A stretch of DNA of 64,000 nt from IMG/VR virus record IMGVR_UViG_2513237100_000001, positions 1-64,000 of that record, one strand, 5' to 3'. This DNA comes from a virus (lineage: Duplodnaviria > Caudoviricetes). A model generated the notes under the pieces. That model was not told where the DNA came from, did no database searches, and was given only the letters and a program-made list of their open reading frames with translations. The position numbers and the translations under genes were made by a program. Below are positions 55,095-64,000 of the stretch, piece by piece. Numbering within the stretch: position 1 is the stretch's first letter; each line of letters starts with the position of its first letter.

Positions 55095-55474
55095 CAGCCC
55101 CTCCCCTGCGCCCAGTCGGCGAGCTGCTGGAGCATCGCCACGGTCAGCTCGTTGGGGCTGCCGTCGAGGTCGTCCCGCTCCAGGGCGGCGCGCGCGAGGG
55201 CGGCGGGGTCGATGTTCGCCAGGAACGCGGCTACCAGCTCCCCTTCGTCCTGCTCGGGGGCGGCGACGGCGACCTGGGCGAGCCCTTCGAAGTCCAGGCC
55301 CCGGTGCGGGGCGGTGTGGAGCACGAGGAGTGGGGCGGCACCAACTTGGTGCTGAAGGTTGTAGCCCTGGAGGGACCGGCTGATGTCGGTTCCGTCGATC
55401 TCCACCTTCCCCGTGACACCGTCAGCGGTGATGCGAACGTGGCGCGGCTCGTCGGCCATGCTCGGGGCATCCAT
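55094..55474 (-). CDS. Hypothetical protein
   Basis: GGAGG RBS, TAATG coupling. Confidence 0.7.
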   Translation of the reverse strand: MDAPSMADEPRHVRITADGVTGKVEIDGTDISRSLQGYNLQHQVGAAPLLVLHTAPHRGLDFEGLAQVAVAAPEQDEGELVAAFLANIDPAALARAALERDDLDGSPNELTVAMLQQLADWAQGRG

Positions 55475-55962
55475 TACAGAGTTACCTCCGGGTCCTCGTC
55501 GAGAGGCACGGCCTGCCGAACGCGGCGTTCGACTGTCACGAGTCCTTCGGTAGGCGCATCTGTGAACCGCTGGCCGTTCTCGTCCCGGCAGTACTCCGTG
55601 TACCGAATCTGGCAGGCCCCTTCGTTGTGGTTCACAACCCGCGAGTGCACGGTGATCGGGGCTCCGGTGAAAACGAACTGCGGGTCGATACTGTTCGCTT
55701 CCAACCAGGATCGCACTCGCTGCTTCTGGGCCTTGCTAAGTACCTGGCCCGCTTCTATGACGGTGACAATGCGGCGTTGCACGGGGTAGGGCACGGGCTT
55801 GGGCCGTGGCGTGGGGGCATGCACAGGGCTGTGACGCATGAGCCCGCCGTCACCCCAGTGCGTCGTGACTGTGACGACTGCTTCGGCGACGCGCTCACCT
55901 TCCTCCATGTCGATCACGAGCCCGAGGGCGTCAAGCTGCGCGCCGATCTTCTGCTCAGTCAT
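55474..55962 (-). CDS. Hypothetical protein (inserted block)
   Basis: GGAG RBS; appears less GC3-biased than its neighbours. Confidence 0.65.
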   Translation of the reverse strand: MTEQKIGAQLDALGLVIDMEEGERVAEAVVTVTTHWGDGGLMRHSPVHAPTPRPKPVPYPVQRRIVTVIEAGQVLSKAQKQRVRSWLEANSIDPQFVFTGAPITVHSRVVNHNEGACQIRYTEYCRDENGQRFTDAPTEGLVTVERRVRQAVPLDEDPEVTL

Positions 55963-56072
55963 ACGGAGTCTCCGGATTCGATGTCGGTGCCGTCGATAAC
56001 GACCTTCCCCATGGCGCCGTCGGCGGTGATACGGACGTGGCGCGGCTCGTCGGCCATGCTGGGGGCGGTCAT
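55959..56072 (-). pseudogene. Chimeric remnant: 5' end of the 55094-55474 gene fused to the 3' end of the MuF-like gene
   Basis: APSMADEPRHVRITADG..GKV.IDGTDI followed by ESGD. Confidence 0.75.
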
Positions 56073-56389
56073 GCTGCGTCACCGCCCCGACGGGCGCGGC
56101 GCATATGCCTGTCAATCTCGCGGGCCAGCGGCACGTACGCCTCGCCTTCACCGTTGCTGCACATGAGTACCTGCCGCATACCGGCAGGCTCGTAAGTGGC
56201 GCCGCACCACTGGCAGCGGCGGCTGATTCCTTGCACCTTGGCTGCCGGGTGCCGCCCTCGGCGGTGCAGGTATCGCATGCGGATCGCATAGCACCGTGAG
56301 TAGATAGCGGTGAATGCGGTGTACAGCCCGCCGCTCTCCCGCTTGAAGCTCGGGAGGAAGCGGTACGCCAGCGTCAGAGCGGGGTTCAT
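56069..56389 (-). CDS. Hypothetical protein (inserted block)
   Basis: AAAGGA RBS, ATGA coupling. Confidence 0.55.
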   Translation of the reverse strand: MNPALTLAYRFLPSFKRESGGLYTAFTAIYSRCYAIRMRYLHRRGRHPAAKVQGISRRCQWCGATYEPAGMRQVLMCSNGEGEAYVPLAREIDRHMRRARRGGDAA

Positions 56390-56658
56390 GCCGGGGTCCT
56401 TTCCGTGCACAGGTCGCAGGTGCAGGCGGCGGCGTCGGCTTCCACGCCACCGAGCCAGCGGTCGCACTCCTGCATGGCGATGCGGTCTGCTTCACCGCCT
56501 CGCACCTGCCCGTTCAGTGCGATCCCGAGGGCGCCTCTCAGGCCGATGAGTTCGCCGAGAACCTGGGCGCTGGCAAGCGGCGTGTAGTCGGTGCGCGCCT
56601 CGATGTGGGTTCGGCGACGGTGGTACTCGCGCAACAGCGCGTCGCTGATGGCGGTCAT
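56386..56658 (-). CDS. Hypothetical protein (inserted block)
   Basis: ATGA coupling. Confidence 0.6.
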   Translation of the reverse strand: MTAISDALLREYHRRRTHIEARTDYTPLASAQVLGELIGLRGALGIALNGQVRGGEADRIAMQECDRWLGGVEADAAACTCDLCTERTPA

Positions 56659-57032
56659 GCGGCACTCTCCGTCAGCAGTGCCGCGTCGTCGGCTCGCAGC
56701 AGGTGGTGGGCCAGGTAGTACTCGGCGCGGTGGCCACGCATGTGCTCCGTGTCGTCGCCCGCCTGAGGTTCGGGCCCCATCTCGGCTGCAAACGCTGAGT
56801 CCGGCGGGGCGGTTCGCCAGGCGAGCGTGCACCAGGCGTAGTAGTCGGCGAAGGTCGGCGACTCGATGGCCTTCTGTGCCCGTCGTACGTAGTGCTGTCG
56901 AGCCCGCTCGTCCATCTCGTCCCACGCTGGATGGGCGGGCGCGGCCCCGGACTGGATCAGTTGGAAGGGGAGGAGCGTGCCCTCATAGAGGGCCTTGGCT
57001 GCTACTTCGAGGGCGCGGCTGGGAAGGGTCAT
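56655..57032 (-). CDS. Hypothetical protein (inserted block)
   Basis: AGGAG RBS, ATGA coupling. Confidence 0.65.
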   Translation of the reverse strand: MTLPSRALEVAAKALYEGTLLPFQLIQSGAAPAHPAWDEMDERARQHYVRRAQKAIESPTFADYYAWCTLAWRTAPPDSAFAAEMGPEPQAGDDTEHMRGHRAEYYLAHHLLRADDAALLTESAA

Positions 57033-57883
57033 GTGGGGTCTCCTGATTCGATGTCGGTGCGGCCGTTGAGGTCGGGGCGGGGAATCCAGGAACGGATACA
57101 GCCGTGGTGGGCGGCGGGGTACATGGACGCGTCGTCGATGCTGCGGATCGTGCCGTCCGCATGGTCCGTATCGGGGTGTGAGGCGAAGCCGCACTCGCTT
57201 CCGTCGACGCACTGCATCCACTGGGCACCCAACTCCCACCGGGCGGTGTTGATCGCACCCGTGTTCGCGGCCACAACGCCCTGCCACAACAGGGCGGATC
57301 GGGCCCACGCCTCTACGGGGTGCCGGGACTGGTCGGCGTAGATGACAGTGGTCAGAGGGTGTTCGGCGGCGAGGCGGGGACTGTCGATGCCCTCGTGCTG
57401 GCGTCCGGCCGTTACCTCGCGGGCGGCGTCCTGTGCGGCGCGGGAGAACGCTTGGGCACGCCGCACGGTCTCCTGTACCCGGCGGATCAGGTCGACGTAG
57501 AACGTGGCGGTGAGCGGGGTGAGGGCCGCCTGGTGGTCGGTCGTCCACCGGAACAGGGTCACGTCCCGGCGGGCGCGGCGGAGGGCTTGGAGGGCGCCGT
57601 CGCGGTACGCGGTCGGTAGGTCCGTGGCCGCCCACCGCTCGACAAGAGCCCTCACCTCACGGTCGAAGCGTGCCACCTGCTGGTTGTAGTCGCGGACCGC
57701 CGCCCGGATACGGGGTGTGGCACCCACACCGGGCCGGATCCGCTCCAGAGCGCGCAGCAGAGCATCCTGCGCGGTGGTGAGGAGCTTCCAGGTACGGACG
57801 AGGCGGGTCAGGAGCAGGGCGACCAGGGCAAGGAGTTCCTCATGCTGGCCGGTGCGGTCCTGGGTGGGTGTGGGGCTGGTCAT
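57029..57883 (-). CDS. MuF / minor capsid-like head protein
   Basis: DGSECG..H....ADG...HHGCIRSWIP. Confidence 0.78.
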   Translation of the reverse strand: MTSPTPTQDRTGQHEELLALVALLLTRLVRTWKLLTTAQDALLRALERIRPGVGATPRIRAAVRDYNQQVARFDREVRALVERWAATDLPTAYRDGALQALRRARRDVTLFRWTTDHQAALTPLTATFYVDLIRRVQETVRRAQAFSRAAQDAAREVTAGRQHEGIDSPRLAAEHPLTTVIYADQSRHPVEAWARSALLWQGVVAANTGAINTARWELGAQWMQCVDGSECGFASHPDTDHADGTIRSIDDASMYPAAHHGCIRSWIPRPDLNGRTDIESGDPT

Positions 57884-58209
57884 CGGCGTGGCCGCTCAAC
57901 GAGACGGATGATGCCGAACCCGTTGCCGGTCAGGTCGTCGTCCGGGTCGTCAGGGGCTGGGGGCTCCCCCGAGATGAGGGCGGCGAGCTGCCGTTCGTAC
58001 GCCTTAATGGACTCCGTGTACGACACGGACACCACCCCGGTCACATTCACCGTGGACGGCTGCCCCCGTAGTTCCGCGAGACGCCCGCGCACAACCTCGA
58101 TCGCCACTGCCCGGCCGGAGCCGAGACGCTGGTAGCGCTGCTCCAGGTCCGCGACGTCGGTGCCCTTGCCGAGCTCGGCGAGGAGCCAGGCTTGTACGGC
58201 TGTGTCCAC
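57880..58209 (-). CDS. Head-tail adaptor-like protein
   Basis: Position after the capsid gene; GGAGG RBS. Confidence 0.7.
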   Translation of the reverse strand: MDTAVQAWLLAELGKGTDVADLEQRYQRLGSGRAVAIEVVRGRLAELRGQPSTVNVTGVVSVSYTESIKAYERQLAALISGEPPAPDDPDDDLTGNGFGIIRLVERPRR

Positions 58210-58297
58210 CAGATCCTCCGGGAGCAGGGGTTAGGAAGGGGTGCAGGTGCGGGCCCGGCCCTTGGCGCCCCACCAGGGGGGCCGGGCCCGCCTCCGC

Positions 58298-58645
58298 TTA
58301 CTGGCCGCCGGTACCCTCTGCGGCGGCCGACCGGCCCCGGGCCGGCTTCTTGGCCGCCGTCTTACGGGCGGCCGGCTTGGTGTCCTCGGAGTCGTCGCTC
58401 TCGTCGGACTTGGTGTCAGCGTCGCCCGGGGCCGATGCGTCGCCAGAGGCGGCGTCCGGGCCGCTTCCGGCACGGCTGCTGTCGCCCCCGGTCTTCGGGA
58501 GGTTCGGGAGCTTCCCGTCGACCCAGGCGTCCGGGTTCGTCACCAGGGCGGCCAGACGCGGCTCCGGTTCCTCCCCCGCCCGCAGGACGACCGTCGCGTG
58601 CCGGTCCGGGTCCCGGACGAACACCGTGTTGCGTAGCGTCGCCAT
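58298..58645 (-). CDS. Hypothetical capsid-adjacent protein
   Basis: LVTNPDAW, low-complexity tail. Confidence 0.75.
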   Translation of the reverse strand: MATLRNTVFVRDPDRHATVVLRAGEEPEPRLAALVTNPDAWVDGKLPNLPKTGGDSSRAGSGPDAASGDASAPGDADTKSDESDDSEDTKPAARKTAAKKPARGRSAAAEGTGGQ

Positions 58646-58648
58646 GGC

Positions 58649-59701
58649 TCACGCCCCGAGGACGGTCGCGGAGATGTGGATGTCCGGGACGTACAGGACG
58701 GGCATGCCGATCGCGGCGCCGCGGGAGTAGATCTGCACCGGGTCGTCTTCGACCTTGGTGACGACGACGATGCCCGGGGCCTCTTCGCGGGTCAGGGCGG
58801 GGTTGGTGCCGGAGGTGAACTTCATGGACTCGCGGGTGACGCCGTACTGGGTCTGTCCCCACTCGGAGGCCGGAACTGCCGGGATCATGATCCACTTATT
58901 GTCGGGGAGGACCCGCTTGTACACGTCGTCGTCCCAGACCTGAACGTCGTACGTGACGATCGGCGGGAGCCCGTACCTCGACCTGACCGTGTCGACCTCG
59001 TTCGGGGCGAGCGTCGCCGTGGGCGTACCCCCGATCGTCGAGGACCCGTAGAACGCGGCCCGATACTCGGCGTTCGACGCCAGCAGGGCGCGGGCCCGAC
59101 GGGACGTGATGATCTCGCGCGGGGCGGGGGCCCCGTTGTCGACGAGGTAGTCCATCCACGCCCGCTCGTCGGACAGGGGGGTGGCGGCCGGGTCGTCCCA
59201 CAGGACGCCTGCGGTCGGCATGTTCTCCGCCGGAACGTTCCAGTCGACGTCCAGACCGAGACCAGGCAGGTTGACCGAACCGGTAGCCAGGAGCTGACCG
59301 GCAGCGAGTTCCTGGGACGTCTTGATGGACTCGACGTGCCGCTCCGTGTCGGAGTACAGCAGGTCGATGTACTCCTGCGTGTTCTTGCCGTGGCCGACGT
59401 CGAGGAGGATCTGGTCCATCTCGGAGACGGCGAGGGTCTGGCCCAGGGCGGGCAGCATGCCCTCGTTCACGACACGCTCGGCCTGGCGCTTCGCCATGGC
59501 CGTCGGCGCGTCGTATGCCCGGAACTTCGCGGCGTTGACGCGGCGCTTCGCGGATGTGGTGCGGAACCGGATGCCCTGGATCTGCTTCTCGGGCAGAACC
59601 TCGCGGGTCAGGCGGTAGTTCGCGGGGGTATCGATGGCGCGGGCGAACACCGTGAGGTCGGTGTCGTTCGTGTCGCGCAGGAGGAGCTCAAGAGCCTCCA
59701 T
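58649..59701 (-). CDS. Major capsid protein (lambda gpE-like family)
   Basis: 350 aa; AKFRAYDA..; G.TQYG; C-terminal GMPVL. Confidence 0.9.
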   Translation of the reverse strand: MEALELLLRDTNDTDLTVFARAIDTPANYRLTREVLPEKQIQGIRFRTTSAKRRVNAAKFRAYDAPTAMAKRQAERVVNEGMLPALGQTLAVSEMDQILLDVGHGKNTQEYIDLLYSDTERHVESIKTSQELAAGQLLATGSVNLPGLGLDVDWNVPAENMPTAGVLWDDPAATPLSDERAWMDYLVDNGAPAPREIITSRRARALLASNAEYRAAFYGSSTIGGTPTATLAPNEVDTVRSRYGLPPIVTYDVQVWDDDVYKRVLPDNKWIMIPAVPASEWGQTQYGVTRESMKFTSGTNPALTREEAPGIVVVTKVEDDPVQIYSRGAAIGMPVLYVPDIHISATVLGA

Positions 59702-59716
59702 GGTGATCTCCTCCTT

Positions 59717-60469
59717 CTACCGGTAGTGGATGTTGACGCCGGGGGCCACCGCAGTGACGTTCGCCGGGTCGAGGGGGACGGGAAGCTCTCCGGCGAAGAT
59801 CTCGCCGCGCCACAGCAGGGCACCGGCGGCCTTCGTGGAGGTGGGGTTGAAGCTGATCTGCGAGACGAGGAACCCGGCGAGGACCTCCGTGCCGTCCGAT
59901 GCGGCTGCGGCGCCACCGGCGGTGGTCGTGGTGACGGTGACGGCCGGGTCGGTGCCGCCGGACAGGTTGGTGCCGGAGGCGGTCATCTGGGCGACGTTGT
60001 CGCCGGTGAACTGCCCGCCGAACGTGACGGTGACCGGGGTGCCGGGGAGGGCGCCACCGCCGGTGACGACGTCACCCGGGTTGATGTTCGACAGCGCCTC
60101 GAGAGCCGTCCGCACCTGCGCGGCGGTTGCGTTGTACGGGATGCCGGAGGTGGTCTGCCCGGAGAACGTCAGCGTGTACGTGCCGCCGGTCGGGCCGCCG
60201 GTGATGGTGACGGTCTGGACCTCGGATGTGACACCTGCGAACGGGGCGTACAGACCCGACGCGGTGACCTTCCCGAGGGGGATCCCGGACTTCATGACCG
60301 TACGGCCCTGGAGCAGCGGGTTCGACGCGACCACGTAGTGGGTGCCGGCCTCGAACTTCGTCAGGTCGAGGGTGATGGTGTTGGTGTCCTGGACTCCTAC
60401 CAGGGACGCGAGCCACGGCCGGTCGGCTGTGACGCTGTCCGTGTAGGAGTAGGGCTGGAAGTCGTTCAC
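59717..60469 (-). CDS. Head decoration protein with inserted beta-sandwich domain
   Basis: SGIPLGKVTASGLYAP ... DGTEVLAGFL split by EVQTVTITGGPTGGTYTLTF. Confidence 0.82.
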   Translation of the reverse strand: MNDFQPYSYTDSVTADRPWLASLVGVQDTNTITLDLTKFEAGTHYVVASNPLLQGRTVMKSGIPLGKVTASGLYAPFAGVTSEVQTVTITGGPTGGTYTLTFSGQTTSGIPYNATAAQVRTALEALSNINPGDVVTGGGALPGTPVTVTFGGQFTGDNVAQMTASGTNLSGGTDPAVTVTTTTAGGAAAASDGTEVLAGFLVSQISFNPTSTKAAGALLWRGEIFAGELPVPLDPANVTAVAPGVNIHYR

Positions 60470-60579
60470 AGCTCTCTCCTCGTGCTGCGGTGTGCGGTGA
60501 CAGCTGCACCCCTGGGGGTGTGCGTCCACGAGGAGGAGGGCGTGGTCCCAACCCCAGCCGGTGGCCGGGAAGTCTGCGG

Positions 60580-61329
60580 TCAGGCGGCGGGCTTGTGGCC
60601 GCGAAGTCGGGCCATTTCCCGGCCGCGGTCTCCGGGCTTGCCGGTGGGGGTCTGTCGTGCGGGAGGTCCGCCTGCGGGTGCACCGCTGGGGGCCGGGGGG
60701 AGCTGCGGGGTCTGGGCCGACGGGTCGGCGGCTGTGCGGGCGGCACCGAAGAGTTCACCGCGGCGGCCCTTCAGCGCTTCGGCAGCTTCGGTGATCGTGG
60801 TGTCGTCGGCGTCGTCGGGGACACGCAGGAGAGCGACAGCGTCCTCAAGGTCGACGCCAGTCGCCCCGAGTCCGACGAGGATGGCCCGCCGGTTCGCGAT
60901 CCGCTCACGCTCGGCTGCCGCCTTCTCACGGGCGTCGGCACGGGCCTCACGGTCGGCGAGGTCGCGTTCCTTCTTCTCCTGCTCGGACAGCCGCGCTTCC
61001 TTGGCCTTGCGGCCTTCCTCGATGAACGCCTTCGCGTCGTCGAGGTTCGAGAATCCGAGGTCGGCGGCGACCTTCTCGAGAGCAGCCCTCGCGCCGGCAC
61101 GTTCGCCCTGGGCTTTCTCCTTCGCGGCGAGCGCGGTGAGGTCGTCCTGAGTGAAGGTGCGCTGGGCGGGCGGGCCCGGCTTCGGGGGGTCCTGCGGGCT
61201 CGGTGCGCCACCGGCGGGCGGGTCGCCGCCGTCGTTGTAGAACACCCCGAGGGCGGGGACACCGGCGTACGGGTGCACCCACGCCGACTGGATGGTGGGG
61301 GTGTTGTGGTGCTGCGTGGGGCGACGCAT
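60580..61329 (-). CDS. Capsid scaffolding protein
   Basis: FTQDDL, charged coiled coil, LSEQEK. Confidence 0.85.
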   Translation of the reverse strand: MRRPTQHHNTPTIQSAWVHPYAGVPALGVFYNDGGDPPAGGAPSPQDPPKPGPPAQRTFTQDDLTALAAKEKAQGERAGARAALEKVAADLGFSNLDDAKAFIEEGRKAKEARLSEQEKKERDLADREARADAREKAAAERERIANRRAILVGLGATGVDLEDAVALLRVPDDADDTTITEAAEALKGRRGELFGAARTAADPSAQTPQLPPAPSGAPAGGPPARQTPTGKPGDRGREMARLRGHKPAA

Positions 61330-61394
61330 GAGCGCAAGTCCTCCCAGACTTGTTCCAGGCCCCGCGCCTTGATCCAAGGAAAGCACAGCCCTGG

Positions 61395-63257
61395 TCATTC
61401 GTTGCCCCTGGTCGGCTGCTGCCCTTGGTCGGCGGGTACATCCGGCAGGTTCACCGCGGGTGCTTTGTCAACGCTCGGCGCCTTCAGGCCGAGGAAGTCA
61501 GCGACCTCCTGTGTGCTGTTGAGTGCGTCGGCGAGGAAGCGGGCCTGCTCGAACTGGCGGGACTGGATCTGTGCGATCTCCGTCTCGACGTCGTCAATGG
61601 GGAACCCGGCGTCGGTGAGCATTCGCACCCCGGTCTCCAGGGACAGGACTCCCTTCTCCACACCGCTTGCTACCTGCTCCAGGACGGCCGCCTTGTCGGT
61701 CGGGGTGTACGGGCCGCGGACAAGGAGAGCGTCTTGGGGCGTGATGCCCGCCCAGTCAGGGTGCTGGCCGGCCATGAAGAGGCGCTGCGCAAACTTGAGG
61801 ATGAGGCTTTCTTTGTGTTCGCGGGCCAGGCGCATGCTGCCGATGAGGGAGTCGAGGGGGCCGAGGCTGATCTGCATGGCGAAGCCGGAGGGGACCTCGG
61901 ACGGGCTGAGGGTGCCCAGGGATACGGCGGGAAGCCGGACGATGGTGGAGGCCCGGTCCTTGAGGTCGGCAACGTGGTTGCGGAGCTCGGCCAGGGCCCG
62001 GGACGTGTCGACGGCGCTGAGCTTCCCGTTCTCCCCCAGCTTGAAGACCATGCCGGGGCCAGCTGCGAGTTCCTGCCGCGGGTCGGTAACGCCGGATACG
62101 GCCAGCATCGGCAGGCCAGTCGTGGCGGATGCTCGGGCGGAGTCGGTGTCGGAGCCGGCGAGCTCATCGAACACCTGCAAGGCCTTCGCGAGGGACGACT
62201 GGCCCCAGTGCTCTTCGGCGGGCGGGACCGTGTTGGGGACGTGGATGACCGGGATGAAGTCGATGAGGAGGTCGAGGTGGTCGAGGACTTCACCGTCGGA
62301 CCGGGTGGCGTAGGTGGCGCTGGTGGCGGGAAGGGAGTCGACGTCGATGTTGCCCTTGAGGTCGCCGATGACCCAGGTGGCGTCGGTGAGGTAGCAGGTG
62401 AAGTAGGAGGGTTCGTCGTTCCACGCGTACTGGCGGGCGATGGCCCCGGAGGCGGGGTCGACCATGTCGCCAGGGCTCAAGGTGGGGCCCGCGGGGTCTG
62501 TGGCGTCCGGGTCGGACTCGGGGGTAGGGGGAAGGGCACGGACGGCCCGTGTGCCAGTCTCGTCGACCCCAGCAACGGTCAGGGGACGGATCCAGTCCAG
62601 CTCGTAGGTGATGCGACGCAGGCGGGCTTTCAGGCCGCGCTTCGGGTCCTCGGGGAGCTCCCACGCGAAGTGGACGCGCCGCGGGTACTCGCCGCCGTCG
62701 TCGTCCTCGCCGATGACGGGGAAGTAGAAGCCGGGGTCGGTGACGCGTAGGGTGGGGCGCTTCTTCGCCGGGTCCCACGCCATGCGGTACACGCCGTCTC
62801 CGAGGGCGACGGTCTTACGTTCGCACTGCTGAAGTCGCATGGGGAGCAGCTCGGCCTTCGCCCAGTCCCGCAGGAGGGCCTGGACGCGTTCCGCCGCAGC
62901 GATTGACGCCTCGGCCGCTTCTCCCGCGGTGGACTGCTCTGCCCCGGGGACCACGATCTTCTGGTCTCGGCCGAGGACGTTGGAGACGAGCGTGTCGATG
63001 AACATGCTCGGGTCGCCGAACTCGCGGCGGTCCCGGGCGCCCGCACCATCGACGACCTCTGCGATTTCTGAGGCCTGGTTGTGGTCGTAGGCGGACAGCA
63101 GCTTGTATGCGGCGAGACGCCGTTCGTCTTCGGCGGGCACCCACATGGCCTGCGCTTCGGGGAACGCCCGCCGGTTGGGCATGCCCTGGCTGTCGGAGTA
63201 GACCGGCTTGTAGTTCAGCCAGCTCCATGCGTGGATGGCGATCTGCCTGAGACCCAC
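61395..63257 (-). CDS. Portal protein
   Basis: 620 aa after the terminase; LGDGVY..WD; IPVIHVPN; SGFAM. Confidence 0.88.
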   Translation of the reverse strand: MGLRQIAIHAWSWLNYKPVYSDSQGMPNRRAFPEAQAMWVPAEDERRLAAYKLLSAYDHNQASEIAEVVDGAGARDRREFGDPSMFIDTLVSNVLGRDQKIVVPGAEQSTAGEAAEASIAAAERVQALLRDWAKAELLPMRLQQCERKTVALGDGVYRMAWDPAKKRPTLRVTDPGFYFPVIGEDDDGGEYPRRVHFAWELPEDPKRGLKARLRRITYELDWIRPLTVAGVDETGTRAVRALPPTPESDPDATDPAGPTLSPGDMVDPASGAIARQYAWNDEPSYFTCYLTDATWVIGDLKGNIDVDSLPATSATYATRSDGEVLDHLDLLIDFIPVIHVPNTVPPAEEHWGQSSLAKALQVFDELAGSDTDSARASATTGLPMLAVSGVTDPRQELAAGPGMVFKLGENGKLSAVDTSRALAELRNHVADLKDRASTIVRLPAVSLGTLSPSEVPSGFAMQISLGPLDSLIGSMRLAREHKESLILKFAQRLFMAGQHPDWAGITPQDALLVRGPYTPTDKAAVLEQVASGVEKGVLSLETGVRMLTDAGFPIDDVETEIAQIQSRQFEQARFLADALNSTQEVADFLGLKAPSVDKAPAVNLPDVPADQGQQPTRGNE

Positions 63258-63291
63258 CAGATACCCCTCTGCACCAGGCCCCGCGCCATGT

Positions 63292-63331
63292 GATCAGCGT
63301 ACGGGCGATGCGGTGAGGTGCTGCCCCTGGT
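63292..63331 (-). promoter_or_regulatory. Late-type promoter of the portal operon
   Basis: ACCAGGGGCAGCA-N13-CCCGTACGCTGATC. Confidence 0.75.
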
Positions 63332-63566
63332 CTGGGCAGAGCAGGCTTCCTAGCCCTTCCGGGTGATTACCCGCAGGTAGGGGTGAACGAATGCCCGGAT
63401 ATTGCGGGTTGCCCGCCGATACACGCCCCGGATGGTTCGGAGGGTCACCACGAGGACGTAAAGTGGTGCGCCACGGATCGTTCACCGCAGCTTCCTGAAC
63501 GGCCCCCTGGGACGCACGTGTGCTTGGGGTACCGCACCTCGGGCCTGACCCTGCAGGGGGAAGCTG

Positions 63567-63647
63567 ATGGAGAACGAAGAGCCGGACTGGAACTTCTGGT
63601 GCTTCGTGATCGCTGTCATTGAGTTGGCCGCTCAGGCGATGACGTAG
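63567..63647 (+). CDS. 26-aa hydrophobic peptide
   Basis: AGGGGG RBS; MENEEPDWNFWCFVIAVIELAAQAMT; terminator follows. Confidence 0.5.
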   Translation: MENEEPDWNFWCFVIAVIELAAQAMT

Positions 63648-63684
63648 CTGTAGGTAGAAGCCCCAATCCGGGTCCGTGGCGGAC

Positions 63685-63720
63685 GGCCGCCTCCCAACCA
63701 GGGAGGCGGCCTTCTGCGTT
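63685..63720 (+). terminator. Intrinsic terminator
   Basis: GGCCGCCTCCC-AACCA-GGGAGGCGGCC then TTCT. Confidence 0.7.
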
Positions 63721-63854
63721 GCAATGCATCAGCTAGTGCGTTGGGCCAGCGTACTCGCCTTTCCATCGATTTTTAAAATCTGCACGGATTGACACCTGCT
63801 CAAAACGCCGATCTGCACGTATGCCGGGATCTGCGAATCCACGCACATCGTCGA

Positions 63855-64000
63855 TCAGCGGCGCCCAAACAGCCTGGTGTCCGAGTACGTCTCGCTTCTG
63901 ATCGATGCTGTTGCTGGATCTGCTAGTTCGGTCAGTGCATGCACAGCAGCATCCATGCGGTCGGGGCTGTCGAGGCCTGGCACCCAGGTGACCATCTGCG
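63855..64000 (-). CDS. Terminase large subunit, C-terminal end (partial)
   Basis: QMVTWVPGLDSPDRMDAAVHALTEL nuclease-domain motif. Confidence 0.88.
   Translation of the reverse strand, partial: QMVTWVPGLDSPDRMDAAVHALTELADPATASIRSETYSDTRLFGRR

Larger units (their letters stand above)
1..64000. mobile_element. Actinobacterial temperate siphophage, probable phage-plasmid (extends beyond both window ends)
   Basis: Complete head/tail/lysis module plus Rep, ParA/ParB, SSB, RusA, Sak and WhiB; high GC; no host housekeeping genes in the window. Confidence 0.92.

Noticed and set aside
1-64000. tRNA or rRNA genes
   Set aside because: None recognisable by eye; tRNAscan-SE would be needed to exclude them

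Overview
A 64-kb stretch of a high-GC actinobacterial temperate siphophage, most likely Streptomyces-type. It also carries plasmid functions (wHTH Rep, DciA-like loader, ParA/ParB with parS-like palindromes), so it is probably a phage-plasmid. From right to left on the minus strand come the terminase C-terminus, portal, scaffold, decoration protein, capsid, head-tail genes, tail tube, chaperones with a -1 frameshift, tape measure, tail tip and lysis cassette. Next is a 12-kb segment bounded by a perfect 34-bp inverted repeat. It holds a repeat-punctuated small-gene array, a pair of tyrosine recombinase genes, a WYL / 4xRHH divergent pair, Sak, HNH and WhiB genes. Rep/par and a long run of small early genes follow. 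The most striking feature is at 2.3-4.2 kb: an MmyB-family ligand-binding regulator followed by an intact type III polyketide synthase. The PKS promoter carries the same 13-bp box, at the same spacing to a -10 hexamer, as the promoters of the portal and lysis genes. This suggests a phage-encoded small-molecule signalling circuit wired into late gene expression. All family calls come from motif recognition by eye; no searches were run.
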